A DNA stretch of 64,000 bases, taken from positions 433,442,001 to 433,506,000 of the forward strand of contig OZ024740.1 of assembly GCA_964016885.1 (NCBI GenBank), given 5' to 3'. The stretch's first letter is position 1. Each line of letters begins with the position of its first letter. The notes beneath the pieces were generated by a model, which was not told where the DNA came from, searched no databases, and saw only the letters and a list, made by a program, of their open reading frames with translations. The position numbers were made by a program, and so were the translations under genes. This document shows positions 22,201-35,800 of this stretch, piece by piece. This DNA is from Eledone cirrhosa. Lineage: Eukaryota.

Positions 22201-25200
22201 ATTTGTTTGGGGTGAAAGACCTAGTTTCTTTCATCTGTTTGAGGTGAAAGACCTAGTTTCTCTCATCTGTTTGAGATGAAAGATCTAGTTTCTCTCATCT
22301 GTTTGGGGTGAAAGACCTAGTTTCTCTCATCTGTTTGAGATGAAAGACCTAGTTTCTTTCATCTGTTTGGGGTGAAAGACCTAGTTTCTCTCATCTGTTG
22401 GGATAAAAGACCTAGTTTCTCTCATCTGTTTGGGGTGAAAGACCTAGTTTCTCTCATCTGTTGGGATAAAAGACCTAGTTTCTCTCATCTGTGGCGATAA
22501 AAGACCTAGTTTCTCTCATCTGTTGGGATGAAAGACCTAGTTTCTCTCATCTGTTTGGGGTGAAAGACCTAGTTTCTTTAATATGTTTGGGGTGAAAGAC
22601 CTTGTTTGTCTCATCTGTTTGAGGTGAAAAACCTAGTTTCTCTCGTATGTTTGGGGCGAAAGACCTAGTTTCTCTCGTTTGTTTGCGGTGAAAGAGCTAG
22701 TTTATCTCATCTGTTTGGGGTGAAAGACCTAGTTTATCTCATCTGATTGGGGTGAAAGACCTAGTTTCTCCTATCTGTTTGGGGTGAAAGACCTAGTTTC
22801 TCTCATCTCTTTGGGATGAAAGACCTAGTTTGTCTCATCTGTTTGAGGTGAAAGACCTAGTTTCTCTCATCTGTTTGGGGTGAAAGACCTACTTTCTCTC
22901 ATATGTTTGGGATGAAAGTCCTAGTCTGTTGGGGTGAAAGACCTTGTTTCTCTCATCTGTTTGGGATGAAAGTCCTAGTCTCTCACATCTGTTTGGGGTG
23001 AAAGACCTTGTTTCTCTCATCTGTTTGGGATGAAAGTCCTAGTCTCTCTCATCTGTTTGGGTGAAAGACTTAGTTTCTCTCATCTGTTTGGGGGGAAAGA
23101 CCTAGTTTCTCTCATCTGTTTGAGGTGAAAGACCTAGTTTCTCTTATCTGTTTGGGATGAAAGATCTAGTTTCTCTCATCTGTTTGGGGTGAAAGACCTA
23201 GTTTCTCTCATCTGTTTGAGATGAAAGACCTAGTTTCTTTCATCTGTTTGGGGTGAAAGACCTAGTTTCTCTCATCTGTTGGGATAAAAGACCTAGTTTC
23301 TCTCATCTGTGGGGATGAAAGACCTAGTTTCTCTCATCTGTTGGTATGAAAGACCTATTTTCTCTCATCTGTTTGGGGTGAAAGACCTAGTTTCTTTAAT
23401 ATGTTTGGGGTGAAAGACCTAGTTTCTCTCATCTGTTTGAGGTGAAAAACCTAGTTTCTCTCGTATGTTTGGGGCGAAAGACCTAGTTTCTCTCGTCTGT
23501 TTGCGGTGAAAGAGCTAGTTTGTCTCATCTGTTTGGGGTGAAAGACCTAGTTTATCTCATCTGTTTGGGGTGAAAGACCTAGTTTCTGTCATCTGTTTGA
23601 GGTGAAAGACCTAGTTTTTCTCATTTGTTTGGGGTGAAAGACCTAGTTTCTTTCATCTGTTTGAGGTGAAAGACCTAGTTTCTCTCATCTGTTTGAGATG
23701 AAAGATCTAGTTTCTCTCATCTGTTTGGGGTGAAAGACCTAGTTTCTCTCATCTGTTTGGGATGAAAGACCTAATTTCTTTCATCTGTTTGGGGTGAAAG
23801 ACCTAGTTTCTCTCATCTGTTTGGGGTGAAAGACCTAGTTTCTCTCATCTGTGGCGATGAAAGACCTAGTTTCTCTCATCTGTTGGGATGAAAGACCTAG
23901 TTTCTCTTATCTGTTTGGGATGAAAGACCTAGTTTCTTTAATATGTTTGGGGTGAAAGACCTAATTTGTCTCATCTGTTTGAGGTGAAAAACCTAGTTTC
24001 TCTCGTATGTTTGGGGCGAAAGACCTAGTTTCTCTCGTCTGTTTGCAACGAAAGAGCTAGTTTGTCTCATCTGTTTGGGGTGAAAGACCTAGTTTATCTC
24101 ATCTGATTGGGGTGAAAGACCTAGTTTCTCCTATCTGTTTGGGGTGAAAGACCTAGTTTCTGTCATCTGTTTGAGGTGAAAGACCTAGTTTTTCTCATCT
24201 GTTTGGGGTGAAAGACCTAGTTTCTTTCCTCTGTTTGAGGTGAAAGACCTAGTTTCTCTCATCTGTTTGAGATGAAAGATCTAGTTTCTCTCATCTGTTT
24301 GGGGTGAAAGACCTAGTTTCTCTCATCTGTTGGGATAAAAGACCTAGTTTCTCTCATCTGTGGCGATGAAAGACCTAGTTTCTCTCATCTGTTGGGATGA
24401 AAGACCTAGTTTCTCTCATCTGTTTGGGGTGAAAGACCTAGTTTCTTTAATATGTTTGGGGTGAAAGACCTTGTTTGTCTCATCTGTTTGAGGTGAAAAA
24501 CCTAGTTTCTCTCGTATGTTTGGGGCGAAAGACCTAGTTTCTCTCGTCTGTTTGCGGTGAAAGAGCTAGTTTATCTCATCTGTTTGGGGTGAAAGACCTA
24601 GTTTATCTCATCTGATTGGGGTGAAAGACCTAGTTTCTCCTATCTCTTTGGAGTGAAAGACCTAGTTTCTCTCATCTCTTTAGGATGAAAGACCTAGTTT
24701 GTCTCATCTGTTTGAGGTGAAAGAACTAGTTTCTCTCATCTGTTTGGGGTGAAAGACCTACTTTCTCTCATATGTTTGGGATGAAAGTCCTAGTCTGTTG
24801 GGGTGAAAGACCTTGTTTCTCTCATCTGTTTGGGATGAAAGTCCTAGTCTCTCACATCTGTTTGAGATGAAAGACCTAGTTTCTTTCATATGTTTGGGGT
24901 GTAAGACCTTGTTTCTCTCATCTGTTTGGGGTAAAAATCCTAGTTTCTCTCATCTGTTTGGGATGAAAGATTTAGTTTCTCTCATCTGTTTGGGATGAAA
25001 GATTTAGTTTCTCTCATCTGTTTGGGATGAAAGACCTAGTTTGTCTCATCTGTTTGGGGTGAAAGACCTAGTTTATCTAATCTGTTTGGGTTGAAAGACC
25101 TAGTTTCTCCAATCTGTTTGGGGTGAAAGACCTAGTTTCTTTCATATGTTTGGGATGAAAGACTTAGTTTCTCTCATCTGTTTGGGATGAAAGACCTAGT

Positions 25201-26890
25201 TTCTTTCATCTGTTTGAGGTGAAAGACCTAGTTTCTCTCATTTGTTTGAGGTGAAAGACCTAGTTTCTCTCATCTGTTTGGGTTGAAAGACCTAGTTTCT
25301 CTCATCTGTTTGGGGTGAATGACCTAGTTTCTCTCATCTGTTTGGGGTGAAAGAGCTACTTTCTCACATCTGCTCGGGGTGAAAGACCTAGTTTCTCTCA
25401 TCTGTTTGAGGTGAAAGACCTAGTTTCTCTCATCTGTTTGGGGTGAAAGACCTAGTTTCTCTCATCTGTTTGGGGTGAAAGACCTAGTTTCTTTCATCAG
25501 TTTGGGGTGAAAGATCTAGTTTCTTTCATCTGTTTGGGGTGAAAGACCTAGTTTCTTTCATCTGTTTGGGGTGAAAGACCTAGTTTCTGTCATCTGTTTG
25601 GGGTGAAAGACCTAGTTTCTGTCATCTGTTTGGGATGAAAGACCTAGTTCTTTCATATGTTTGGGGTGAAAGACCTAGTTTCTCTCATCTGTTTGGGATG
25701 AAAGACCTAGTTTCTTTCATCTGTTTGGAATGAAAGACCTAGTTTCATTAATCTGTTTGGGGTGAAAGACCTAGTTTCTCTCATCTGTTTGGGGTGAAAG
25801 ACCTAGTTTCTTTCATCTGTTTGAGGTGAAAGACCTAGTTTCTTTCATCTGTTTGGGGTGAAAGACCTAGTTTCTCTCATCTGTTTGAGTTGAAAGACTT
25901 AGTTTCTCTCATCTGTTTGGGATGAAAGACTTAGTTTCTCTCCTCTGTTTGGCATGAAAGACCTAGTTTGTCTCATCTGTTTGAGGTGAAAGACCTAGTT
26001 TCTTTCATCTGTTTGGGGAGAAAGACCTAGTTTCTGTCATCTGTTTGGGCTGAAAGACCTAGTTTCTGTCATCTTTTTGGGTTGAAAGACCTAGTTTCTC
26101 TCATCTGTTTGGTATGAACATCCTAGTTTCTCTCATCTGGTTGGGATGAAATACCTAGTTTGTCTCATCTGTTTGAGGTGAAAGACCTAGTTTCTCTTAT
26201 CTGTTTGGGATGAAAGACTTAGTTTCTCTTATTTGTTTGGGATGAAAGACCTAGTTTCTTTCATCTGGTTGGGGTTAAAGACCTAGTTTGTCTCATCTGT
26301 TTGGGGTGAAAGACCTAGTTTATCTCAACTGTTTGGGGGAAAGACCTAGTTTCTCTCCTCTGTTTGGGGTAAAAGACCTAGTTTCTCTCATCTGTTTGGG
26401 GTGAAAGACCTAGTTTCTCTCATCTGTTTGGGGTGAAAGACCTAGTTTATCTCATCTGTTTGGGGTGAACGACCTGGTTTCTCTCATCTGTTTGGGGTGA
26501 AAGACCTAGTTTCTTTCATCTGTTTGAGGTGAAAGACCTAGTTTCTCTCATCTGTTAGGGGTGAAAGACCTAGTTTCTCTCATCTGTTTGGGGTGAAAGA
26601 CCTAGTTCTTTCATCTGTTTGGGGTGGAAGACCTAGTTTCTCTCATCTGTTTCGGGTGAAAGAACTAGTTTCTGTCATCTTTTTGTGGTCAAAGTCCTAG
26701 TTTCTGTCATCTTTTGGGGTGAAAGACCTAGTTTCTCTCATCTGTTTGGGGTGAAAGACCTAGTTTCTTTCATCTGTTTGGGGTGAAAGACCTAGTTTCT
26801 CTCATCTGTTTGGGGTGAAAGACCTAGTTTATCTCATCTGTTTGGGGTGAAAGACCTAGTTTCTCTCATCTGTTTGGGGTGAAAGACCTA
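13230..26890 (+). repeat. ~6.7-7.0 kb higher-order tandem duplication (two copies, junction ~19900-19930)
   Basis: CTTATCTGTTTGGGAGGAAA-led series at 13261 and 19936 (offset 6675). Identical spurious ORFs at 17852 and 24813 (offset 6961). The offset shift reflects multi-monomer indels. Confidence 0.88.
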
Positions 26891-29800
26891 GTTTCTTTCA
26901 TCTGTTTGGGGTGAAAGACCTAGTTTCTCTCATCTGTTTGCGGTGAAAGACCTGTTTTCTCTCATCTGTTTGGGGTGAAAGACCTAGTTTCTCTAATCTG
27001 TTTGGGGTGAAAGACCTAGTTTCTCTCACCTCTTTGGGGTGAAAGACCTAGTTTCTCTCATCTTTTTGGGATAAAAGCCCTAGTTTCTCTCATCTGTTAG
27101 GGATGAAAGCCCTAGTTTCTCTCATCTGTTTCCGGTGAAAGACCTGTTTTCTCTCATCTGTTTGGGGTGAAAGACCTAGTTTGTCTCATCTGTTTGGTGT
27201 GAAAGACCTAGTTTATCTCATCTGTTTGAGATGAAAGACCTAAATTCTCTCATCTGTTGGGATGAAAGGCCTAGTTTCTGTCATTCGTTTGGCATGAAAG
27301 ACCTAGTTTCTCTCATCTGTTTGAGGTGAAAGAACTAGTTTCTTTCATGTTTGGGGTGAAAGACCTAGTTTCTCTCATCTGTTTGGGATGAAAGACCTAG
27401 TTTCTCTCATCTGTTTGGGATGAAAGACCTAGTTTCTCTCATCTGTTTGGGATGAAAGACCTAGTTTCTCTCATCTGTTTGGGATGAAAGACCTAGTTTC
27501 TTTCATCTGTTTGGGGTGAAAGACCTAGTTTCTCTCATCTGTTTGGGGTGAAAGACCTAGTTTCTTTCATCTGTTTGGGGTGAAAGACCTAGTTTCTTTC
27601 ATCTGTTTGGGGGTGAAAGACCTAGTTTCTGTCATCTTTTTGGGGTGAAAGACCTAGTTTCTCGCATCTGTTTGGGATGAAAGACCTAGTTTCCCTCATC
27701 TGTTTGATGTGAAAGACCTAGTTTCATTCATCTGTTTGGGGAGAAAGACTTAGTTTCTGTCATCTGTTTGGGCTGAAAGACCTAGTTTCTGTCATCTTTT
27801 TGGGGGGAAAGACCTAGATTCTCTCATCTGTTTGGTATGAACATCCTAGTTTCTCTCATCTGTTTGGGATGAAATACCTAGTTTGTCTCAACTGATTGAG
27901 GTGAAAGACCTAGTTTCTCTTATCTGTTTGGGATGAAAGACTTAGTTTCTCTCATTTGTTTGGGATGAAAGACCTAGTTTCTTTCATCTGGTTGGGGTTA
28001 AAGACCTAGTTTGTCTCATCTGTTTGGGGTGAAAGACCTAGTTTATCTCATCCGTTTGGGGTGAAAGACCTAGTTTCTCCTATCTGTTTGGAGTGAAAGA
28101 CCTAGTTTCTCTCATCTGTTTGAGGTGAAAGACCTAGTTTCTTTCATCTGTTTGGGGTGAAAGACCTAGTTTCTCTCATCTCTATGGGGTGAAAGACCTA
28201 GTTTCTTTTATCTGTTTGGGGTTAAAGACCTAGTTTGTCTCATCTGTTTGGGGTGAAAGACCTAGTTTATCTCATCTGTTTGGGGTGAAAGACCTAGTTT
28301 CTCTCATCTGTTTGACGTGAAAGACCTAGTTTCACTCATCTGTTTGGGATGAAAGACCTAGTTTCTTTAATCTGTTTTGGGTGAAAGACCTAGTTTGTCT
28401 CATCTGTTTGGGGTGAAAGACCTAGTTTGAGTCATCTGTTTGGGGTGAAAGACCTAGTTTCTGTCATCTGTTTGGGGTGAAAGACCAAGTTTCTGTAATC
28501 TGTTTGGGCTGAAAGACCTAGTTTCTGTCATCTTTTTGGGATGAAAGACCTAGTTTCTCTCATCTGTTTGGTATGAACATCCTAGTTTCTCTCATCTGTT
28601 TGGGATGAAAGACTTAGTTTCTCTCATTTGTTTGGGATGAAAGACCTAGTTTCTTTCATCTGGTTGGGGTTAAAGACCTAGTTTCTCCTATCTGTTTGGG
28701 GTGAAAGACCTAGTTTCTCTCATCTGTTTGAGGTGAAAGACCTAGTTTCTTTCATCTGTTTGGGGTAAAAGACCTAGTTTCTCTCATCTCTTTGGGGTGA
28801 AAGACCTAGTTTCTTTTATCTGTTTGGGGTTAAAGACCTAGTTTGTCTCATCTGTTTGGGGTGAAAGACCTAGTTTTTCTCATCTCTTTGGGGTGAAAGA
28901 CCTAGTTTCTCTCCTCTGTTTGGGGTGAAAGACCTAGTTTCTCTCATCTGTTTGGGTTAAATGACCTAGTTTCTCTCATCTGTTTGGGGTGAAAGACTTA
29001 GTTTCTCTCATCTGTTTGAGGTGAAAGACCTAGTTTCTCTCATCTGTTTGGGGTGAAAGACCTAGTTTCTCTCATCTGTTTGGGGTGAAAGACCTAGTTT
29101 CTCTCATCTCTTTGGGGTGAAAGACCTAGTTTCTCTCATCTGTTTGGGATGAAAGACCTAGTTTCTCTCATCTGTCTGGGGTAAAAGACCTAGTTTCTCT
29201 CATCTGTTTGGGGTAAAAGTCCTAGTTTCAATCATCTGTTTGGGATGAAAGACCTAGTTTCTTTCATCTGTTTGAGGTGAAAGACCTAGTTCCATCTGTT
29301 TGAAGTGAAAGACCTGGTTTCTCTCATCTGTTTGGAGTGAAAAACCTAGTTTCACTCATCTGATTGAGGTGAAAGACTTAGTTTCTCTCATCTGTTTGGG
29401 GTGAAAGACGTAGTTTCTCTCATCTGTTTGGGGTGAAAGACCTAGTTTCTGTCATCTGTTTGAGGTGAAAGACGTAGTTTCTCTCATCTGTTTGGAGTGA
29501 AAGACCTAGTTTCAATTATCTGTTTGGAGTGTAAGACCTAGTTTCACTCATCTGTTTGGAGTATAAGACCTAGTTTCACTCATCTGTTTGAGGTGAAAGA
29601 CTTAGTTTCTCTCATCTGTTTGGGGTGAAAGACGTAGTTTCTCTCATCTGTTTGGGGTGAAAGACCTAGATTCTGTCATCTGTTTGAGGTGAAAGGCCTA
29701 GTTTCTTTCATCTGTTTGGGGTGAAAGACCTAGTTTCTTTCATCTGTTTGGCGTGAAAGACCTAGTTTCTTTCATCTGTTTGGGGTGAAAGACCTAGTTT

Positions 29801-32800
29801 CTTTCATCTGTTTGGGGTGAAAGACCTAGTTTCTCTCATCTGTTAGGGGTGAAAGACCTAGTTTCTTTCATCTGTTTGGGATGAAAGACCTAGTTTCTTT
29901 CATCTGTTTGGGGTGAAAGACCTAGTTTCTTTCATCTGTTTGGGGTGAAAGACCTAGTTTCTTTCATCTGTTTGGGGTGAAAGACCTAGTTTCTTTCATC
30001 TGTTTGGGATGAAAGACCTAGTTTCTTTCATCTGGTTGGGATGAAAGACCTAGTTTCTCTCATCTGTTTGGGGTGAAAGACCTAGTTTGTCTCATCTGTT
30101 TGGGGTGAAAGACCTAGTTTCTTTCATCTGTTTGGGATGAAAGACCTAGTTTCTTTCATCTGTTTGGGATGAAAGAACTAGTTTCTTTCATCTGTTTGGG
30201 ATGAAAGACCTAGTTTCTTTCATCTGTTTGGGGTGAAAGACCTATTTTCTCTCATCTGTTTGGGATGAAAGACCTAGTTTCTCTCATCTGTTAGGGGTGA
30301 AAGACCTAGTTTCTTTCATCTGTTTGGGGTGAAAGACGTAGTTTCTCTCATCTGTTTGGGATGAGAGACCTAGTTTCTGTCATGTTTGAGGTGAAAGACC
30401 TAGTTTCATCTGTTTGAGGTGAAAGACCTAGTTTCTCTCATCTGTTTGGGGTGAAAGACCTAGTTTGTCTCATCTGTTTGGGGTGAAAGAACTAGTTTGT
30501 CTCATCTGTTTGGGGTGAAACACCTAGTTTATCTCATCCGTTTGGGGTGAAAGACCTAGTTTCTCCTATCTGTTTGGGGTGAAAGACCTAGTTTCTCTCA
30601 TCTGTTTGGGGTGAAAGACCTAGTTTCTCTCATCTGTTTGGGGTGAAAGACCTAGTTTCTTTCATCTGTTTGAGGTGAAAGACCTAGTTCCAACTGTTTG
30701 AAGTGAAAGACCTAGTTTCTCTCATCTGTTTGGAGTGAAAGACCTAGTTTCACTCATCTGTTTGAGGTGAAAGACATAGTTTCTCTCATCTGTTTGGAGT
30801 GAAAGACCTAGTTTATCTCATCTGTTTGGGGTGAAAGACCTAGTTTCTCTCATCTGTTTGACGTGAAAGACCTAGTTTCACTCATCTGTTTAGGATGAAA
30901 GACCTAGTTTCTTTAATCTGTTTTGGGTGAAAGACCTAGTTTGTCTCATCTGTTTGGGGTGAAAGACCTAGTTTGAGTCATCTGTTTGGGGTGAAAGACC
31001 TAGTTTCTGTCATCTGTTTGGGGTGAAAGACCAAGTTTCTGTAATCTGTTTGGGCTGAAAGACCTAGTTTCTGTCATCTTTTTGGGATGAAAGACCTAGT
31101 TTCTCTCATCTGTTTGGTATGAACATCCTAGTTTCTCTCATCTGTTTGGGATGAAAGACTTAGTTTCTCTCATTTGTTTGGGATGAAAGACCTAGTTTCT
31201 TTCATCTGGTTGGGGTTAAAGACCTAGTTTCTCCTATCTGTTTGGGGTGAAAGACCTAGTTTCTCTCATCTGTTTGAGGTGAAAGACCTAGTTTCTTTCA
31301 TCTGTTTGGGGTGAAAGACCTAGTTTCTCTCATCTCTTTGGGGTGAAAGACCTAGTTTCTTTTATCTGTTTGGGGTTAAAGACCTAGTTTGTCTCATCTG
31401 TTTGGGGTGAAAGACCTAGTTTTTCTCATCTCTTTGGGGTGAAAGACCTAGTTTCTCTCCTCTGTTTGGGGTGAAAGACCTAGTTTCTCTCATCTGTTTG
31501 GGTTAAATGACCTAGTTTCTCTCATCTGTTTGGGGTGAAAGACCTAGTTTCTCTCATCTGTTTGAGGTGAAAGACATAGTTTCTCTCATCTGTTTGGGGT
31601 GAAAGACCTAGTTTCTTTCATCTGTTTGGGGTGAAAGACCTAGTTTCTCTCATCTCTTTGGGGTGAAAGACCTAGTTTCTCTCATCTGTTTGGGATGAAA
31701 GACCTAGTTTCTCTCATCTGTCTGGGGTAAAAGACCTAGTTTCTCTCATCTGTTTGGGGTAAAAGTCCTAGTTTCAATCATCTGTTTGGGATGAAAGACC
31801 TAGTTTCTTTCATCTGTTTGAGGTGAAAGACCTAGTTCCATCTGTTTGAAGTGAAAGACCTGGTTTCTCTCATCTGTTTGGAGTGAAAAACCTAGTTTCA
31901 CTCATCCGATTGAGGTGAAAGACTTAGTTTCTCTCATCTGTTTGGGGTGAAAGACGTAGTTTCTCTCATCTGTTTGGGGTGAAAGACCTAGTTTCTCTCA
32001 TCTGTTTGACGTGAAAGACCTAGTTTCACTCATCTGTTTGGGATGAAAGACCTAGTTTCTTTAATCTGTTTTGGGTGAAAGACCTAGTTTGTCTCATCTG
32101 TTTGGGGTGAAAGACCTAGTTTGAGTCATCTGTTTGGGGTGAAAGACCTAGTTTGTCTCATCTGTTTGGGGTGAAAGACCTAGTTTGAGTCATCTGTTTG
32201 GGGTGAAAGACCTAGTTTCTGTCATCTGTTTGGGGTGAAAGACCAAGTTTCTGTAATCTGTTTGGGCTGAAAGACCTAGTTTCTGTCATCTTTTTGGGAT
32301 GAAAGACCTAGTTTCTCTCATCTGTTTGGTATGAACATCCTAGTTTCTCTCATCTGTTTGGGATGAAAGACTTAGTTTCTCTCATTTGTTTGGGATGAAA
32401 GACCTAGTTTCTTTCATCTGGTTGGGGTTAAAGACCTAGTTTCTCCTATCTGTTTGGGGTGAAAGACCTAGTTTCTCTCATCTGTTTGAGGTGAAAGACC
32501 TAGTTTCTTTCATCTGTTTGGGGTAAAAGACCTAGTTTCTCTCATCTCTTTGGGGTGAAAGACCTAGTTTCTTTTATCTGTTTGGGGTTAAAGACCTAGT
32601 TTGTCTCATCTGTTTGGGGTGAAAGACCTAGTTTTTCTCATCTCTTTGGGGTGAAAGACCTAGTTTCTCTCCTCTGTTTGGGGTGAAAGACCTAGTTTCT
32701 CTCATCTGTTTGGGTTAAATGACCTAGTTTCTCTCATCTGTTTGGGGTGAAAGACTTAGTTTCTCTCATCTGTTTGAGGTGAAAGACATAGTTTCTCTCA

Positions 32801-35800
32801 TCTGTTTGGGGTGAAAGACCTAGTTTCTTTCATCTGTTTGGGGTGAAAGACCTAGTTTCTCTCATCTCTTTGGGGTGAAAGACCTAGTTTCTCTCATCTG
32901 TTTGGGATGAAAGACCTAGTTTCTCTCATCTGTCTGGGGTAAAAGACCTAGTTTCTCTCATCTGTTTGGGGTAAAAGTCCTAGTTTCAATCATCTGTTTG
33001 GGATGAAAGACCTAGTTTCTTTCATCTGTTTGAGGTGAAAGACCTAGTTCCATCTGTTTGAAGTGAAAGACCTGGTTTCTCTCATCTGTTTGGAGTGAAA
33101 AACCTAGTTTCACTCATCTGATTGAGGTGAAAGACTTAGTTTCTCTCATCTGTTTGGGGTGAAAGACGTAGTTTCTCTCATCTGTTTGGGGTGAAAGACC
33201 TAGTTTCTGTCATCTGTTTGAGGTGAAAGACGTAGTTTCTCTCATCTGTTTGGAGTGAAAGACCTAGTTTCAATTATCTGTTTGGAGTGTAAGACCTAGT
33301 TTCACTCATCTGTTTGGAGTATAAGACCTAGTTTCACTCATCTGTTTGAGGTGAAAGACTTAGTTTCTCTCATCTGTTTGGGGTGAAAGACGTAGTTTCT
33401 CTCATCTGTTTGGGGTGAAAGACCTAGATTCTGTCATCTGTTTGAGGTGAAAGGCCTAGTTTCTTTCATCTGTTTGGGGTGAAAGACCTAGTTTCTTTCA
33501 TCTGTTTGGCGTGAAAGACCTAGTTTCTTTCATCTGTTTGGGGTGAAAGACCTAGTTTCTGTCATCTTTTTGGGATGAAAGACCTAGTTTCTCTCATCTG
33601 TTTGGTATGAACATCCTAGTTTCTCTCATCTGTTTGGGATGAAAGACTTAGTTTCTCTCATTTGTTTGGGATGAAAGACCTAGTTTCTTTCATCTGGTTG
33701 GGGTTAAAGACCTAGTTTCTCCTATCTGTTTGGGGTGAAAGACCTAGTTTCTCTCATCTGTTTGAGGTGAAAGACCTAGTTTCTTTCATCTGTTTGGGGT
33801 AAAAGACCTAGTTTCTCTCATCTCTTTGGGGTGAAAGACCTAGTTTCTTTTATCTGTTTGGGGTTAAAGACCTAGTTTGTCTCATCTGTTTGGGGTGAAA
33901 GACCTAGTTTTTCTCATCTCTTTGGGGTGAAAGACCTAGTTTCTCTCCTCTGTTTGGGGTGAAAGACCTAGTTTCTCTCATCTGTTTGGGTTAAATGACC
34001 TAGTTTCTCTCATCTGTTTGGGGTGAAAGACTTAGTTTCTCTCATCTGTTTGAGGTGAAAGACATAGTTTCTCTCATCTGTTTGGGGTGAAAGACCTAGT
34101 TTCTTTCATCTGTTTGGGGTGAAAGACCTAGTTTCTCTCATCTCTTTGGGGTGAAAGACCTAGTTTCTCTCATCTGTTTGGGATGAAAGACCTAGTTTCT
34201 CTCATCTGTCTGGGGTAAAAGACCTAGTTTCTCTCATCTGTTTGGGGTAAAAGTCCTAGTTTCAATCATCTGTTTGGGATGAAAGACCTAGTTTCTTTCA
34301 TCTGTTTGAGGTGAAAGACCTAGTTCCATCTGTTTGAAGTGAAAGACCTGGTTTCTCTCATCTGTTTGGAGTGAAAAACCTAGTTTCACTCATCTGATTG
34401 AGGTGAAAGACTTAGTTTCTCTCATCTGTTTGGGGTGAAAGACGTAGTTTCTCTCATCTGTTTGGGGTGAAAGACCTAGTTTCTGTCATCTGTTTGAGGT
34501 GAAAGACGTAGTTTCTCTCATCTGTTTGGAGTGAAAGACCTAGTTTCAATTATCTGTTTGGAGTGTAAGACCTAGTTTCACTCATCTGTTTGGAGTATAA
34601 GACCTAGTTTCACTCATCTGTTTGAGGTGAAAGACTTAGTTTCTCTCATCTGTTTGGGGTGAAAGACGTAGTTTCTCTCATCTGTTTGGGGTGAAAGACC
34701 TAGATTCTGTCATCTGTTTGAGGTGAAAGGCCTAGTTTCTTTCATCTGTTTGGGGTGAAAGACCTAGTTTCTTTCATCTGTTTGGCGTGAAAGACCTAGT
34801 TTCTTTCATCTGTTTGGGGTGAAAGACCTAGTTTCTTTCATCTGTTTGGGGTGAAAGACCTAGTTTCTCTCATCTGTTAGGGGTGAAAGACCTAGTTTCT
34901 TTCATCTGTTTGGGATGAAAGACCTAGTTTCTTTCATCTGTTTGGGGTGAAAGACCTAGTTTCTTTCATCTGTTTGGGGTGAAAAACCTAGTTTCTTTCA
35001 TCTGTTTGGGGTGAAAGACCTAGTTTCTTTCATCTGTTTGGGATGAAAGACCTAGTTTCTTTCATCTGGTTGGGATGAAAGACCTAGTTTCTCTCATCTG
35101 TTTGGGGTGAAAGACCTAGTTTGTCTCATCTGTTTGGGGTGAAAGACCTAGTTTCTTTCATCTGTTTGGGATGAAAGACCTAGTTTCTTTCATCTGTTTG
35201 GGATGAAAGAACTAGTTTCTTTCATCTGTTTGGGATGAAAGACCTAGTTTCTTTCATCTGTTTGGGGTGAAAGACCTATTTTCTCTCATCTGTTTGGGAT
35301 GAAAGACCTAGTTTCTCTCATCTGTTAGGGGTGAAAGACCTAGTTTCTTTCATCTGTTTGGGGTGAAACACCTAGTTTATCTCATCCGTTTGGGGTGAAA
35401 GACCTAGTTTCTCCTATCTGTTTGGGGTGAAAGACCTAGTTTCTCTCATCTGTTTGGGATGAAAGTCTTAGTTTCTTTCATCTGTTTGGGGTGAAAGACC
35501 TAGTTTCTTTCATCTGTTTGAGGTGAAAGACCTAGTTCCATCTGTTTGAAGTGAAAGACCTAGTTTCTCTCATCTGTTTGGAGTGAAAGACCTAGTTTCA
35601 CTCATCTGTTTGAGGTGAAAGACATAGTTTCTCTCATCTGTTTGGAGTGAAAGACCTAGTTTATCTCATCTGTTTGGGGTGAAAGACCTAGTTTCTCTCA
35701 TCTGTTTGACGTGAAAGACCTAGTTTCACTCATCTGTTTGGGATGAAAGACCTAGTTTCTTTAATCTGTTTTGGGTGAAAGACCTAGTTTGTCTCATCTG

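Noticed and set aside
17852-24998. Two identical 61-aa ORFs within the satellite
   Set aside because: Chance loss of stops in variant monomers, copied by the ~7-kb duplication. Useful only as markers.
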